NCBI GenBank assembly: GCA_951406725.2
Contig: OX597835.1
Coordinates: forward strand, 13,454,001 to 13,518,000
From: Octopus vulgaris
Taxonomy: Eukaryota
Reading direction: 5' to 3'
Length of the DNA: 64,000 bases
Of this stretch, positions 26,356 to 39,333 are shown piece by piece. Each line of letters starts with the position of its first letter. Position 1 is the stretch's first letter. The notes below the pieces were generated by a model. The model made no database searches and had not been told where the DNA came from. It saw only the letters and a list, made by a program, of their open reading frames with translations. A program made the position numbers and the translations under genes.

Positions 26356-26606
26356 AAAAGGCTGGCAGAAATGTTAGCATGCCAAACGAAATTCTTATTA
26401 AAATTCTTATTAAAATTATTATTTTAAATTCTTAGCAGTATTTCGTCTCCCGCTCCATCCTGAGTTCAAATTCCGCCAGAGTCGACGTTGCCTTTCATCC
26501 TTTCGCAGTCAATATATTTAGTACCAGTTATGCACTGGGGTCGATGTAATCAACTAAATCCTTTCCCCCCAAATATGAGGTCTTGTGCTTCCAACAGAAA
26601 GAATTA

Positions 26607-26658
<52 letters not shown>

Positions 26659-26660
<2 letters not shown>

Positions 26661-26720
26661 TATGTTTGACTTTTGCTTTATATTTGTACAAGTTGGCTCC
26701 AAGTCTCACCCAGAGACCTT
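26659..26720 (-). mobile_element. Short LINE 3'-UTR remnant embedded in (TAA)n, R4/Dong-like
   Basis: Minus strand 'ggtctctgggtgagacttggagccaacttg...aaagtcaaacatag' then (AAT)n; (TTA)n lies on both sides. Confidence 0.4.
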
Positions 26721-26754
26721 ATTATTATTATTATTATTATCATTATTATTATTA

Positions 26755-26786
<32 letters not shown>

Positions 26787-27702
26787 GTTATAATTGTCAT
26801 TATTATTATTCTTTCGCAAAGACACCTTAAGTAATGCGGAATCTGATTCTACTGGAGGTCGCTTATCTGAAAGATTCGTACGTACTAATGACGCATTTTA
26901 AAGTACTAATTGGTGTACTATTACTACTGTTGCCTTCTGGTTAGATACAAACCGACTTGATAAATGGAAATCACACGGATTACGTTCGGCTATGGCAAAA
27001 GTCTAGCGCACATTAAACCTTCAAACGACAATATAGATACTATCGAGATGGTGGCATCAAACCATTGTGAAAGACTTGAAATGAAATACAACCAGATTCT
27101 AACTAAGCTGAGGTTTTGTTTTTTTTGTTAGTATTCACGTGATTTTTTTCTTTGGTCTTTTTATATTTTATCCATTTTTTTCTGTTTTTCTTTTCTTTTA
27201 TCTAATTATTTAAAAAAATTTTTTTTTTACCTCTTTTCGGTATTGTTAAGTAATGTTCTTCAATGGTGTCGTTATTTAGTCTAACAGAAGAGGAGAATGA
27301 TTGCTATTGGTAACTTGATGCCACGGTATTCACATGAAAGGGTCGGCGGCAGTAAGGGAGGCGACGGGTTTTTTTCTTCCTTTTTCCTTCATGTTTTTTT
27401 TTTTTTATGATTGTATTGATTCTGTAACAAGTGGTGGTGGTGGTGGTGGTGGTGGTGTTGGTGGTGGAATAGACTTCGATGAGAGCTCATTTTTGAAAGA
27501 GATATTTAAATAGAGTCGTCTGTGCCACCAACGTTATCACTGAATACATGAAGATACCCATCATACAGATCTCCATTGAAGCAGTAATTATATAGCATTA
27601 TTTGTATATAATAATAATAATAATAATAATGATGATGATAAAAATAATAATAATAATAATGATGATGATAAAAATAATAATAATAATAATGATGACGATA
27701 AA

Positions 27703-27734
<32 letters not shown>

Positions 27735-27932
27735 TAATAATAATAATCATAATAATAATAATAACAATAATAATGATTAAAATAATAATAATAATGATAA
27801 TAATATTTAGACATTTTAAAATGTATTTGTTGTATATTGTTTAGTTAACTCTTTAACTGTCATGTCTATGTGCTTCAAATACTTTGTCTATGTGTGTACA
27901 TATGTATATACATATGTATATATATATATATG

Positions 27933-27976
<44 letters not shown>

Positions 27977-28984
27977 CATATATGTATGTACATGTATATG
28001 TATATACATGTATATATGTGTGTGTTTATATATATTTATAGGCACAGACATGGTTGTGTGTTTAAGTTGGTTAAATTTCTGTTAGATATAAACAAATTAT
28101 CTTGCTAGTTAGCTTAAAGCATCTAATTTAGTTGTATGAAAGTCAGAAGGCTGCTTTGGTGTTATTGGTATCACATCTGCTTAGGTTACGGAAGATGCAG
28201 AGTTCAAATCATTCAGGTACTTTGCTATCTTTTTTTCTGTTGCAAAGGGGTTTTTGAACCCCATCTATTACAAGCTTTTATCTATAGCTGCATTCATTTC
28301 AAAGATAATTTGTTTGCTATGACATATTTTAAATCTTCAATTTTTTTTTTCTGAAATATCTAACAGCAAAAAGCCTATAAAAGTCAATATAAATAAATAA
28401 AGGCATGAAAGGATGCAGCTTTATGTTTTGCGGATGCAGAGACTTGCATCTGCATTTGCCAAAAGAACAAAAATCCGGTCTGTATTGTTTTTGAAGAATT
28501 GAAAAAAGGGATATTCGTTTTGGTTTTCCGTTCTTCTTCTCTTTGAACTTAACCCCAGAGCACCTGAGATCATTTTAAACCCATTTGTTACCATGTTTCT
28601 AATGAAATACTCTGCCTTTGTTTCATCTGATTTTGAAAATAATTAAGAATTTAGCTAAATAACTTTAAGCTGGTTTCGGAACATAAATTAACATGGAATT
28701 TTAACATGGAAGATTTTAATTTAGATCACTTTTAAACAGGAATTTCAGAAATTCCCAAAATAGTATTGAGTTCTTTGAGATTTCTTTCTGTGTCTTAGCA
28801 CCATCTGTTCCATTTTGGCAATCATCTCCATTATATCCAGGTCATTGATCTAATTTGTCTTCATCATCTCTGAAGTCCACTTCATGCTAGTCAATTAAAA
28901 TTCTTTGACCATTCCTTTGTCTATTCCCAAAGTCAAGGGATATCTGTTACGGTCCGGTTAACTTCATGCTGTAATTTTCCTGTC

Positions 28985-29160
28985 TTCATAAAGTTTTATC
29001 TGAAATTCATTTGCAAAGCAGTCCTGTTTTGTCAACATTTACGACTTGTTCACCACCATAAACATTATATTCAGTAACGATTTTTGATTCATCAAAATAT
29101 CAAGGCATCTACCTCTTGCCATATTATCGGCACTTGCACTCCCTCTCACAACCCAAGCAT
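28985..29160 (-). pseudogene. pogo/Tigger transposase fragment
   Basis: Minus frames give VRGSASAD and KIVTEYNVYGGEQVVNVDKTGLLCK*ISDKTL, resembling Tigger GESASAD / EQxFNADETGLFWK..PDKTL. Confidence 0.6.
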
Positions 29161-29454
29161 TATGAATTATATATATATCACCACCACCACCACCACCATC
29201 ATCATCATCACTTAACATTGGCTTTTCCGTATCTGCATGGGTCAGACGGAATTTGCTGAGGTTCTCACCTGTTTCAAAGATTTGTAGTATTTCCTCCATG
29301 CCCAAATATTATTTTTTATGGAAGACTGGAGAAAAACTATGCCACCTGGATAACAGTGGTGCTCCTTTACAACCCTTACATGAGGTGAACATTTTGGGTA
29401 CACACAAACACACACCCTCATATATATATATATATGTGATCTCTTGAGCACCAC

Positions 29455-29650
29455 CAGCAAAAATATTTTTTCCTCTGTCTTTCCTTCTTGGGATCTTTCC
29501 TTCTCCTTGTTTCCGACGAAGAGCTCCGCTCGAAACGTTAAACCCTCCTTCCCTTCTTTCCTGAGCGTCAAATAATACTTTAATTGTTCCACGTCCTCAC
29601 GTTGCTGTTTTTTCTCTTTTTTTCTGTGTTTTCTTGTTTGGATTAACTAT
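29455..29650 (+). mobile_element. Family P2 copy, motif at 29509-29543
   Basis: GUUU CCGACGA A GAGC UCC GCUC GAAAC GUU AAAC. Closely similar to 14625-14815 and ends in (TA)n. Confidence 0.6.
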
Positions 29651-29972
29651 ATATATATATATATATATATACACAAATTTTTTGCGTAATGAGATGAAAA
29701 AAACCAAGGCTGTATAGATATTAGAGCATTTATAGATAGAATATCTTACAGCTGTTTCTAGGGTATTAATTAATAATAATATCCCTATACAACCTTGTTT
29801 TTTTTTATTTCATTACGCAAAAAATTCATATATACACCCGCTGACATAAAACCAACGTTGAGCCCTTTATTTGCAATATTACCGAATCTGGGACTTAACT
29901 ATGGTCTGTCTATAGCACTTATTCAGCATTACCTGACACCTTTGGGTCTCACTGATACCATTATCTTATGGA

Positions 29973-30360
29973 TGGAAGCACTCCGTCGGTTACGACGACG
30001 AGGGTTCCGGTTGATCCGAATCAACGGAACAGCCTGCTTGTGAAATTAACGTGTAAGTGGCTGAGCACTCCACAGACACGTGTACCCTTAACGTAGTTCT
30101 CGGGGATATTCAGCGTGACACAGAGAGAGTGACAAGGCCGGCCCTTTGAAATACAAGGTACAACAGAAACAGGAAGTAAGAGTGAGAGAAAGTTGTGGTG
30201 AAAGAGTACAGCAGGGATCACCACCATCCCTGCCAGAGCCTCGCAGAGCTTTTTAGGTGTTTTCGCTCAATAAACACTCACAACGCCCGGTCTGGGAATC
30301 GAAACCGCGATCCTATGACCGCGAGTCCGCTGCCCTAACCACTGAGCCATTGCGCCTCCA
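29973..30360 (-). mobile_element. tRNA-derived SINE family D, full length
   Basis: Minus head 'tggaggcgcaatggctcagtggttagggcagcggactcgcggtc..ggtttcgattccc'; 3' end 'ccgacggagtgcttcca'. Confidence 0.85.
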
Positions 30361-30368
30361 CTCATTAT

Positions 30369-30529
<161 letters not shown>

Positions 30530-31748
30530 AGTTTCTTCCTGTTTCTATCTACAAAATCCTCTCTCAGAGATCATCTTGGCCCAGGGCTATAGGAGAAAAC
30601 ACTTGCCCAAGGTGCTGCTCAGTAGGACTGAACACAAAGCCACAGGGCTGGAAAGCAAGCTCTGAAACCACTCAGCCATGCCTGCCTCTAAAACACACAC
30701 ACATTTCAGATAATTCTATTTTTTATTCAGTTTATTCCAATTTGAAAAGCAGGGAACTAACAAAGAAATGTTAAAAGTCAATGCATATTCTACACAAAAG
30801 ACATTGTGTTCCTGGGTATCAATACCGAAAATAAGGTGTGTACATTATACATTAATAAACACTGTATACACCCATGTATCATGTATTAATATTCATTTAT
30901 TGCTAACAAAGAAATGCCAAAAGCCATTCCACATTGTGCACAAGAAATATTGTTTTGCAGGGTTTCAGTACCCCATCCAAAAAACAGTGTGTATATCATG
31001 CATGGATACACATTATACATTCATATTTACAGTATACAAGGCTGTGAGTTGGCAGAATTGTTAGTACACTGGCAAAATACCTTCTGGTATTTCCTTCATC
31101 TGGGTTCAAATCCCACTGATGTCGACTTTGCCACTCATTTTTTTTCCTTGTTTCAGTCATTTGACTGTAGCCATGCTGGAGCACCATCTTTAGTCAAGCA
31201 AGTCGACCCCAGGACTTATTCTTTCTAAGCCTAATACTTATTCTATCAGTCTCTTTTTGCTGAACTGCTAAGTTATGGGGATGTAAACACCAACATCAGT
31301 TGTCAAGCGATGGTGGGAGGACCAGCACAGATGCACAGATATATACATAGATATATGATGGGCTTCTCTCAGTTTCCGTCTAATCCACTCACAAGGCTTT
31401 GGTTGGCCAGAGGCTATAGTAGAGGACACTTGCCCATGGTGCCATGCAGTGGGACTGAAACCAAAACCATGTAGTTGGGAAGCGAGCTTCCTACCACACA
31501 GCCATGCCTACACCTATCTCTTCATGTTCTTCAAAAAACAACAAAAAGGTTGGACACTGGGGTTGATTTAATCAACTTAACCCTTGACTACCGATGTTGG
31601 TGTGTTTACGTCCCCGTTAATTTATTATGAATTTGCTTCTGTGCAGGGTGTCAAAATAAATTCGACAGTTTGTATAAAAGGCAAACAAAGACAGGTGGTG
31701 TAGAAAACAAACAGATGTATTAGTTTAACAGTCAGGAATAGAAAAAGT

Positions 31749-31784
31749 CTTTTACATTTCGAGCCTACGCTCTTCTTCAGAAAG
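31749..31784 (-). ncRNA. Minimal hammerhead-like motif, array copy 1 (C15.2>U)
   Basis: Minus strand reads CUUU CUGAAGA A GAGC GUAG GCUC GAAAU GUA AAAG. Confidence 0.5.
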
Positions 31785-32118
31785 ATACGCAGAAAAAAAA
31801 CAAGGAGAGAAAGGAGAGAAAAAAATGTGTGTAGTGGCTGCTCTCCAATGTCATTGACTGCTCATAAATACATCGAGCTGTTCTCAAAAAAGCGGGGCAT
31901 AAAATCATCCCAAACTTCCTGTATATGTGTGTATGTGTGTATAGCATCCAGTATATACGAAGGGTCTGTTTTAATAAGAGAGAGCAAAATATTGAATGTT
32001 CTATTTTAAAGACACCGTATCCACCATCTGTTTTTCTCCTACACTCAGGAATAGAAAAAGTCTTAAAGACACCGTATCCACCATCTGTTTTCCTCCTACA
32101 CTCAGGAATAGAAAAAGT

Positions 32119-32154
32119 CTTTTATGTTTCGAGTCTACGCTCTTCTTCAGAAAG
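32119..32154 (-). ncRNA. Minimal hammerhead-like motif, array copy 2 (stem II mismatch, AUA triplet)
   Basis: Minus strand reads CUUU CUGAAGA A GAGC GUAG ACUC GAAAC AUA AAAG. Confidence 0.45.
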
Positions 32155-32517
32155 GGACACAGAAAAAACAAGGAGAGAAAGAAGGAAATTAAAAAAAATG
32201 TGTGTAGTGGCTGCTCTCCAATGTCATTGACTGCTCATAAATACATCGAGCTGTTCTTAAAAAATGGGGCATAAAATCATCAAGCGTATCCCAAACATCC
32301 TGTATATGTGTGTATGTAATAGCATCCGGTATATACGAAGGGTCTGTTTTAAGCCAATCACACACACATTTAATAAGACAGAGCAGAATATTGAATGTTC
32401 TATTTTAAAGACACCATATCCACCATCTGTTTTTCTCCTACACTCAGGAATAGAAAAAGTCTTAAAGACACCGTATCCACCATCTGTTTTCCTCCTACAC
32501 TCAGGAATAGAAAAAGT

Positions 32518-32553
32518 CATTTACGTTTCGAGCCTACGCTCTTCTTCAGAAAG
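32518..32553 (-). ncRNA. Minimal hammerhead-like motif, array copy 3 (intact core and stem II)
   Basis: Minus strand reads CUUU CUGAAGA A GAGC GUAG GCUC GAAAC GUA AAUG. Confidence 0.6.
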
Positions 32554-32827
32554 GGACACAGAAAAAAAGCAAGGAGAGAAAGGAAAGAAAAAAATGTGTG
32601 TAGTGGCTGCTCTCCAATGTCATTGACTGCTCATAAATACATCGAGCTGCTCTTAAAAAAGCGGGGCTCAAATCATCAAGCGTATCCCAAACATCCTGTA
32701 TATATGAAGGGTCTGTTTTAAGCCAATCACACACATTTAATAAGACCGAGCAAAATACTGAATGTTCTATTTTAAAGACGCCGTATCCACCATCTGTTTT
32801 CCTCCTACACTCAGGAATAGAAAAAGT

Positions 32828-32863
32828 CTTTTACGTTTCGAGTCTACGCTCTTCTTCAGAAAG
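32828..32863 (-). ncRNA. Minimal hammerhead-like motif, array copy 4 (intact core and stem I)
   Basis: Minus strand reads CUUU CUGAAGA A GAGC GUAG ACUC GAAAC GUA AAAG. Confidence 0.6.
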
Positions 32864-34166
32864 GCACACAGAAAAAAAACAAGGAGAAAAAGAAGGAGAG
32901 AAAAAAATATGTGTGTAGTGGCTGCTCTCCAATGTCATTGACTGCTCATAAATACATCGAGCTGCTCTTAAAAAAGCGGGGCTCAAATCATCAAGCGTAT
33001 CCCAAACATCCTGTAAATGTGTGTATGTAATAGCATCCGGTATATATGAAGGGTCTGTTTTAAGCCAATCACACACACATTTAATAAGACCGAGCAACAT
33101 ATTGAATGTTCTATTTTAAAGACACCGTATCCACCATCTGTTTTCCTCCTACATTTCTTTTATCCTCGGGATTTAGATAAATCAATACACTATCCTTTGT
33201 GTTGTTTTCTTATCTCCTTTTTTCTTATTTTTTTTTTTCTTGTCCTTGTATTCACTGAACCTAATGACTTCCTCGACTGCTCCATGTTTGCTCTCAACAA
33301 GCTGTTCTTTCATTTTCATGAGGTGGCCTCTTTCGAAATCTCCTTCAACATTCTTCATGTCACATGTTTGTTCGTGTATAAACTCACATGCACGCACACA
33401 TATTTTTCCGTATTTCCTCTCTAAACTCTAGAACAACCCTTCAATGCCCAAATCTTTGCCCAAAATGGCAAAATCACAAGATAAAAAAACAACAACAATA
33501 ATTATCGTTTAGAAAGAAAGTATACAAGACAGGGATGTTGTTGTTGTTGTTTGTGGTGGTGATGGTGGTAGTGGTGGTGGCGGCAGTTGTGTTAATGGTG
33601 GTGATGGTATTGGTGGAAATGAGAGAGCCCTATGGTAATTATTCTGGCTCCTTCCATTCTGAGTTCAAATCTTGCTGAGGTCACCTTTGCCCTCCTCCAC
33701 CCCCACAACATTAGTCCTTCCAGAGTTGATGTAAAATGAAGTACCAGTAACGTAGTCAGGTCAATTTAATCACCAAATCATCTCCCCACCCATCGTCCAA
33801 ATTTCAGTTCTTGTGCATCTGGTTTCCCATGCACACACATACACACACACACACAAATACACATGCACACACACACATGTATATAGCTGGTGCAGCTATG
33901 GCTGCATGGTTAAGGAGTTTGCTGCCAAGCCATCTGATTTGGGGTTCAGTCCCACAGCACTGTAATCTCTTCTATAGTTCTGGGTCAAGCAAAGCCTTCT
34001 GCATAGATTTGTTTGGTAGAAAGAAACTGAAAGAAGCTTGTGTGTGTGGTATGTATGTATATATATACACACATGTTTGATAACTTAACTAAATTCGTTT
34101 AACACTGTACTTTATATACATCTGCCTGGATTTATTAACCCATTTTACATCTCTCTCTCTCTGCAC

Positions 34167-34198
<32 letters not shown>

Positions 34199-34206
34199 TA
34201 CATACA

Positions 34207-34240
<34 letters not shown>

Positions 34241-34335
34241 ACTAATATATATAATGTGTGTATGTATGCATCTATATATATATATATATATATATAATAT
34301 GTGTGTGTATGTATGTATGTATCTATCTATCTCTC

Positions 34336-34645
<310 letters not shown>

Positions 34646-34824
34646 GTTTTTCTTGGAATAGAAAAAAAGTCTATCTTTATTTCTTCTTTTGCTGGTGTCT
34701 CAAATTTAGGTTAAATCAGCGTTTCTTAAAGGAGAGGCCTATGGGACAGGCAGACAAGTTGTTTAGAGAAAATTTCATTTAAATGTTTGACACCTCAGCA
34801 CTATCCATTGGACAGGGGGCGTTT

Positions 34825-35020
34825 TGCTCATTTCTGTGTTTCTTTTCTGTGTATCTTTCTGTTGAAGAGCGTAGGCTCAAAACGTAAAAGACTTGTTTTA
34901 TTTATATTCCTGAGCGCCATACTAATACAATTGTTTGTTTGTATTCCACCTGCCTTCGTCTTTTGTTTATTTCCGTAAACCTGCCTTCGTTTTTTGTTTA
35001 TTTTCATAAAGCTTCCCGTT
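34825..35020 (+). mobile_element. Family P1 copy (motif 34855-34890, G12>A)
   Basis: 'ctttctgttgaagagcgtaggctcaaaacgtaaaag...cctgagcgccatactaatac...ccacctgccttcgtc', ending in a TA repeat. Confidence 0.55.
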
Positions 35021-36565
35021 ATATATATATATATAATGTATGTATGTGTATATATGTATTTCTTGGGCTTGACATTAATGTTCATCCAATGGGGAGGCTT
35101 GAGTTCTGGAGTTGTGGGGAGAGTGGAGTCGCCCCTTAATTACCAACGAGGGCCAATCTGACCCAAACCGGTAATACCTGTCACAGTCTGTTCTATGAGT
35201 TAAATTGGTTTCCCAGGGATAGAGGAGGCTACCTTTATTTTTAACAAAGCTGTGGGAAGGCAGCTCTAGAAGGAAGCTATGCTGACATTAAACTTGCAGT
35301 CAAAGCAGTAACAATCATCTCAGAATGCTTCTTGCTGGAATGTATTATGGTGACCAAGAGAGTGGCAAAAGTATTGTACAAGATTTTATCACTTAAACCC
35401 AATGACATGGAGACGTCTCACTATTATTTCATTTCTTGATCCATTTTGTATTTTATAAAGTCCTTTGGTGATGGATACATTTGTAGGGATGAATGGAAAT
35501 CAGAACAATCTGACAAGCTGAGAAAAACATCATATTTGTCTGTCTTGGGTTATGTGGACCTGAGTGTGTGTTTATATTTGTGCTTCTTCAAAAATTATTG
35601 GCCTACAAGTGGTGATGTTTTTGTCATTACCTCTGCTGCCAAAATACCGGTGCTTATCCCCACCTTTGAAAGAATAAGGACACAGAAAATGTGTCAAGGC
35701 CAACAGGAAACGGTGTTTCCTAGGGCTAAATAGCAGTAGCATTCTTCCCTTTCATGGGATTGCTACATTAAGTTGGCAACCTACCATCACTTTATTGATG
35801 GCTTTGTGCTTTCAATAATGTGTGGAATAAGAGATCCCTTACTTGGAAAACTTGTAAGTGTTAGTGACAGGGGAGGCATCCACCTGTAATACAGTGACTC
35901 AATTATGTATTCTTTTAACCCAAGGACAAAAAATTGAACAGAAAGTAGACAAAAAATGGACAAAAAATGAATGAATTTTAAAATGAACTTAAAATTATGT
36001 ATACAAAAGTGAAACCAGAACACATCAAAGATAATTAAAGAATTCACAGAGTGAATTCCAAGGTGGGAATTAGAAACATGGATATTTTAAGTTGGAATTG
36101 TTTCTGACAGATGCACAAGAACTGAAATTTGGACGATGGGTGGGGAGATGATTTGGTGATTAAATTGACCTGACTACGTTACTGGTACTTCGTTTTACAT
36201 CAGCTCTGGAAGGACTAATGTGGTGGGGGTCGAAGAGGGCAAAGGTGACCTCAGCAAGATTTGAACTCAGAATGGAAAGAGCCGGAATAATTATCACGAG
36301 GCTCTCTCATTTCCACCAATACCATCACCACCATTAACACAACTGCCACCACCACCACCACCACCACCACCATCACCACCACAAACAACAACAACAACAA
36401 CATCCCTGTTTTGTATACTTTCTTTCTAAACGATAATTATTGTTTTTGTTGTTTTTTTATCTTGTGATTTTGCTATTTTGGGCAAAGATTAATGCATTGA
36501 AGGGTTGTTCTAGAGTTTAGAGAGGAAATACGGAAAAATAGATGAAAGTTTTGTGTAGTAGCAGT

Positions 36566-36597
<32 letters not shown>

Positions 36598-36751
36598 TAG
36601 TAGTAGTATTGGTAGTTATGGTGGGTGTGAAGGTTGTGGGGATTGTTATTTGAAAAGGATATATATGTGTATATATCTGTGTATAAATATGTGTGTGTGT
36701 GTGTATGCATGTGTGTGCATGTGTGTGTATATCATATTTTGTATATCATCT

Positions 36752-36783
<32 letters not shown>

Positions 36784-36910
36784 CACACATACATATATCA
36801 TATAGATAGATAGGCATATGTAAATTATATATTCATGTTTTATATGTTTGTATATGCTGTACATATATATAGTGTATTATTTATATGTATTAAATATAGA
36901 TGTATCATAA

Positions 36911-36960
<50 letters not shown>

Positions 36961-37280
36961 CCATGCACACACATTTATATATATACAAAGTTGGTCTTGC
37001 AGCCCTGCAAAAAGAAATTTCACTTCTGTTTGAGCAAATATTTAATACAAACATACAATACGATATAATAGATGAGGTTAGGGAATCATGGAAGCAGCGA
37101 GCATTACCTAAAGGAGTTTAGGGCTTGCAAGGATGGAGGAGCATTGAGGAAGGAAAGAAGGAAAGAAACGGAAACGGAAGGAAGGAAATACTAAAGACCA
37201 AGGTTACCCTTGCCACATTCATGATATTGTACTGCTGTTCATCTTTAAAATATTTCTCTCTCTTTCTATCTACCTGTCTG

Positions 37281-37341
<61 letters not shown>

Positions 37342-37356
37342 CTATCTGTCTGTCTA

Positions 37357-37389
<33 letters not shown>

Positions 37390-37402
37390 TTATCTATCTA
37401 TC

Positions 37403-37433
<31 letters not shown>

Positions 37434-37485
37434 CTACCTACCTACCTACCTACCTACCTACCTACATACATACTTACCTACCTAC

Positions 37486-37572
<87 letters not shown>

Positions 37573-37763
37573 TTATCTATCTATCTGTCTGTCTATCTAT
37601 CTATATGTCTACTTTTTTTTCTCTCCCCAAAAAGGAAAGCTCTACTTTGTAATTTGTCCCCTCTGTGTTCAGCCCTGTGTGGGTAATAAAGAAACATATC
37701 TATCTATCTATTTAACTATCTATCTGTCTTCATATCTATCTCTCCTACTCTCCCTCTCTCTTC

Positions 37764-37807
<44 letters not shown>

Positions 37808-38593
37808 CTTTCCCTTTCTTTCTCCTCTGATATTCACTTCACTATCACTGCTACCAACACCATCTGTCTTTCCTTCCTTCTCTCTTATTATAAGATTTGT
37901 GAAACACACAAGGCAGGTCTGCTGAAGAGGGATAAGAACTGCTAGATATCTCTAAAGGAGAAACTGCAAATGCCAAGGAGAACGGTGGAGGTGGGGTTGA
38001 GGGTGGGGGTCTGCGACTTCCCTTCATTTTTTTTCCCCACAGAATCTCTTTGCAAAAGACAACTTTACAATGTCCTCCACCCACAATTCCTTTGGGTGTT
38101 TTTTACATTCCCCCCCCCTTTTTTTTTTTTACCATTGTTGAATCATACACTAATGTCTTTAAAACAACAAAGCATTTATGATTTTCTTGCTGGGTTGGGT
38201 GCTGCGGGTACCCTTAATAACAATGGTGGGGTGTTGTTGGATGGGTGGGGGTAAAAGGTATTTTCATGTTTAAGCTGTTAATCTTGCCACCACAACCCCA
38301 CCACCACAACACCACCACCCCACAACCACCCCACCACTTCCTGCCTTGTTTTGAGAGTTACTTGCTGTTGTTTAGTCCCATGTGGGACCTTCTCATCAAC
38401 ATATGTTCACAGCTGTTCCATACAAAAAAACGCACTACTTTTGTCTTTTTGTATGTTCAGAACTACATGGCAACATTAAGCTTATGAGGTGTTGTTAGTA
38501 AAGCTGTGTGGTTCACTTTGCAACCACATGGATTCAGGTTCAGTCCCACTGCGTGGCACCTAGGCAATGCCTTGAGTGGCCCATTGCCTTATA

Positions 38594-38802
38594 TATATAT
38601 ACCAATTAAGGACTGAACACGAAAAGTGGACAGTCAACATGCTAGATATAGACGTCAAATCGCCATTCTCCACAAAGATTATGTTCTCAAATAAAACTCA
38701 GTTTTATTTGAGAACATAATCTTTGTGGAGAATGGCGATTTGACGTCTATATCTAGCATGTTGACTGTCACTTTTCGTGTTCAGTCCTTAATTGGTATAT
38801 AT
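38594..38802. repeat. Near-perfect palindrome, ~104-bp arms, 1-3 nt loop, one 1-nt bulge
   Basis: 'tataccaattaaggactgaacacg..ctcaaataaaact-c-agttttatttgag..cgtgttcagtccttaattggtata'. Confidence 0.95.
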
Positions 38803-39333
38803 AAATATTTTAATCTTCGGATTCTTTTTAATATGCTAGACCACTGGTTTTAATTGACTAATATCAATTTCTACCCTTAATTAATTTTTTATATATATTT
38901 ATATATATATAAATATATATATATCATCATCATCCTCATCATCATTTAACGTCCGTTTTCCATGCTAGCATGGGTTGGATGGTTCGACCAGGGTCTGGGA
39001 AGCCAGGAGGCTGCACCAGGCTCCAGTATGATCTGGCAGTGTTTCTACAGCTGGATGCCCTTCCTAACGCCAACCACTCCGTGAGCGTAGTTGTATGTCT
39101 GTATCTGTTTACGGTATATCTACCCCAACCACTTGGTTCCAGGTTCAGTCCCACTATATGGCATCTTGGGCAACTGTCTTCTACTATAGCCCTAGGTCAT
39201 CCAAAGCCTTGTAATTGATTTAGTTGGCAGAAACTGAAAGAAACCCATCACACACACGTACACACACACTCAAACAAATACCACAAGGCCATCTGGTTTA
39301 ATGTTTCTTACAGTTCCACAAATCTACCACTAC

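Larger units (their letters stand above)
31730..33152 (-). mobile_element. Tandem array of ~4 units (motif spacing 370, 399, 310 bp), each with a minimal type I hammerhead-like motif; non-LTR retrozyme-like / Penelope-derived
   Basis: The block 'tcaggaatagaaaaagtc..ttacgtttcgagcctacgctcttcttcagaaag..tgtgtgtagtggctgctctccaatg..ccaccatctgttttcctcctaca' recurs four times. On the minus strand it reads CUUU-CUGAAGA-A-GAGC(GUAG)GCUC-GAAAC-GUA-AAAG. Confidence 0.7.

Noticed and set aside
28090-28360. Coding-looking minus-strand stretch (MGFKNPFATEKKIAKYLNDLNS*)
   Set aside because: Multiple stops; probably decayed transposon sequence, but I cannot assign it.
30290-30360. tRNA-like sequence (also 47475-47543, 15020-15093)
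   Set aside because: It is the head of SINE family D, continuous with the SINE body; not a tRNA gene.
31925-33100. Repeated ORFs (KTPYPPSVFLLHSGIEKV...) in the tandem array, and a superficial CRISPR-like periodicity
   Set aside because: The ORFs are frame-inconsistent between units. Whole units repeat with no unique spacers, there are no cas genes, and the context is eukaryotic.
33182-33397. 71-aa charged minus-strand ORF next to the array
   Set aside because: Short, starts at a non-ATG codon, ends in A-rich low complexity, and no homology recognised.
35080-35735. Complex sequence with a 95-aa ORF inside the inverted duplication spacer
   Set aside because: Looks like degraded TE sequence; no diagnostic motif recognised.
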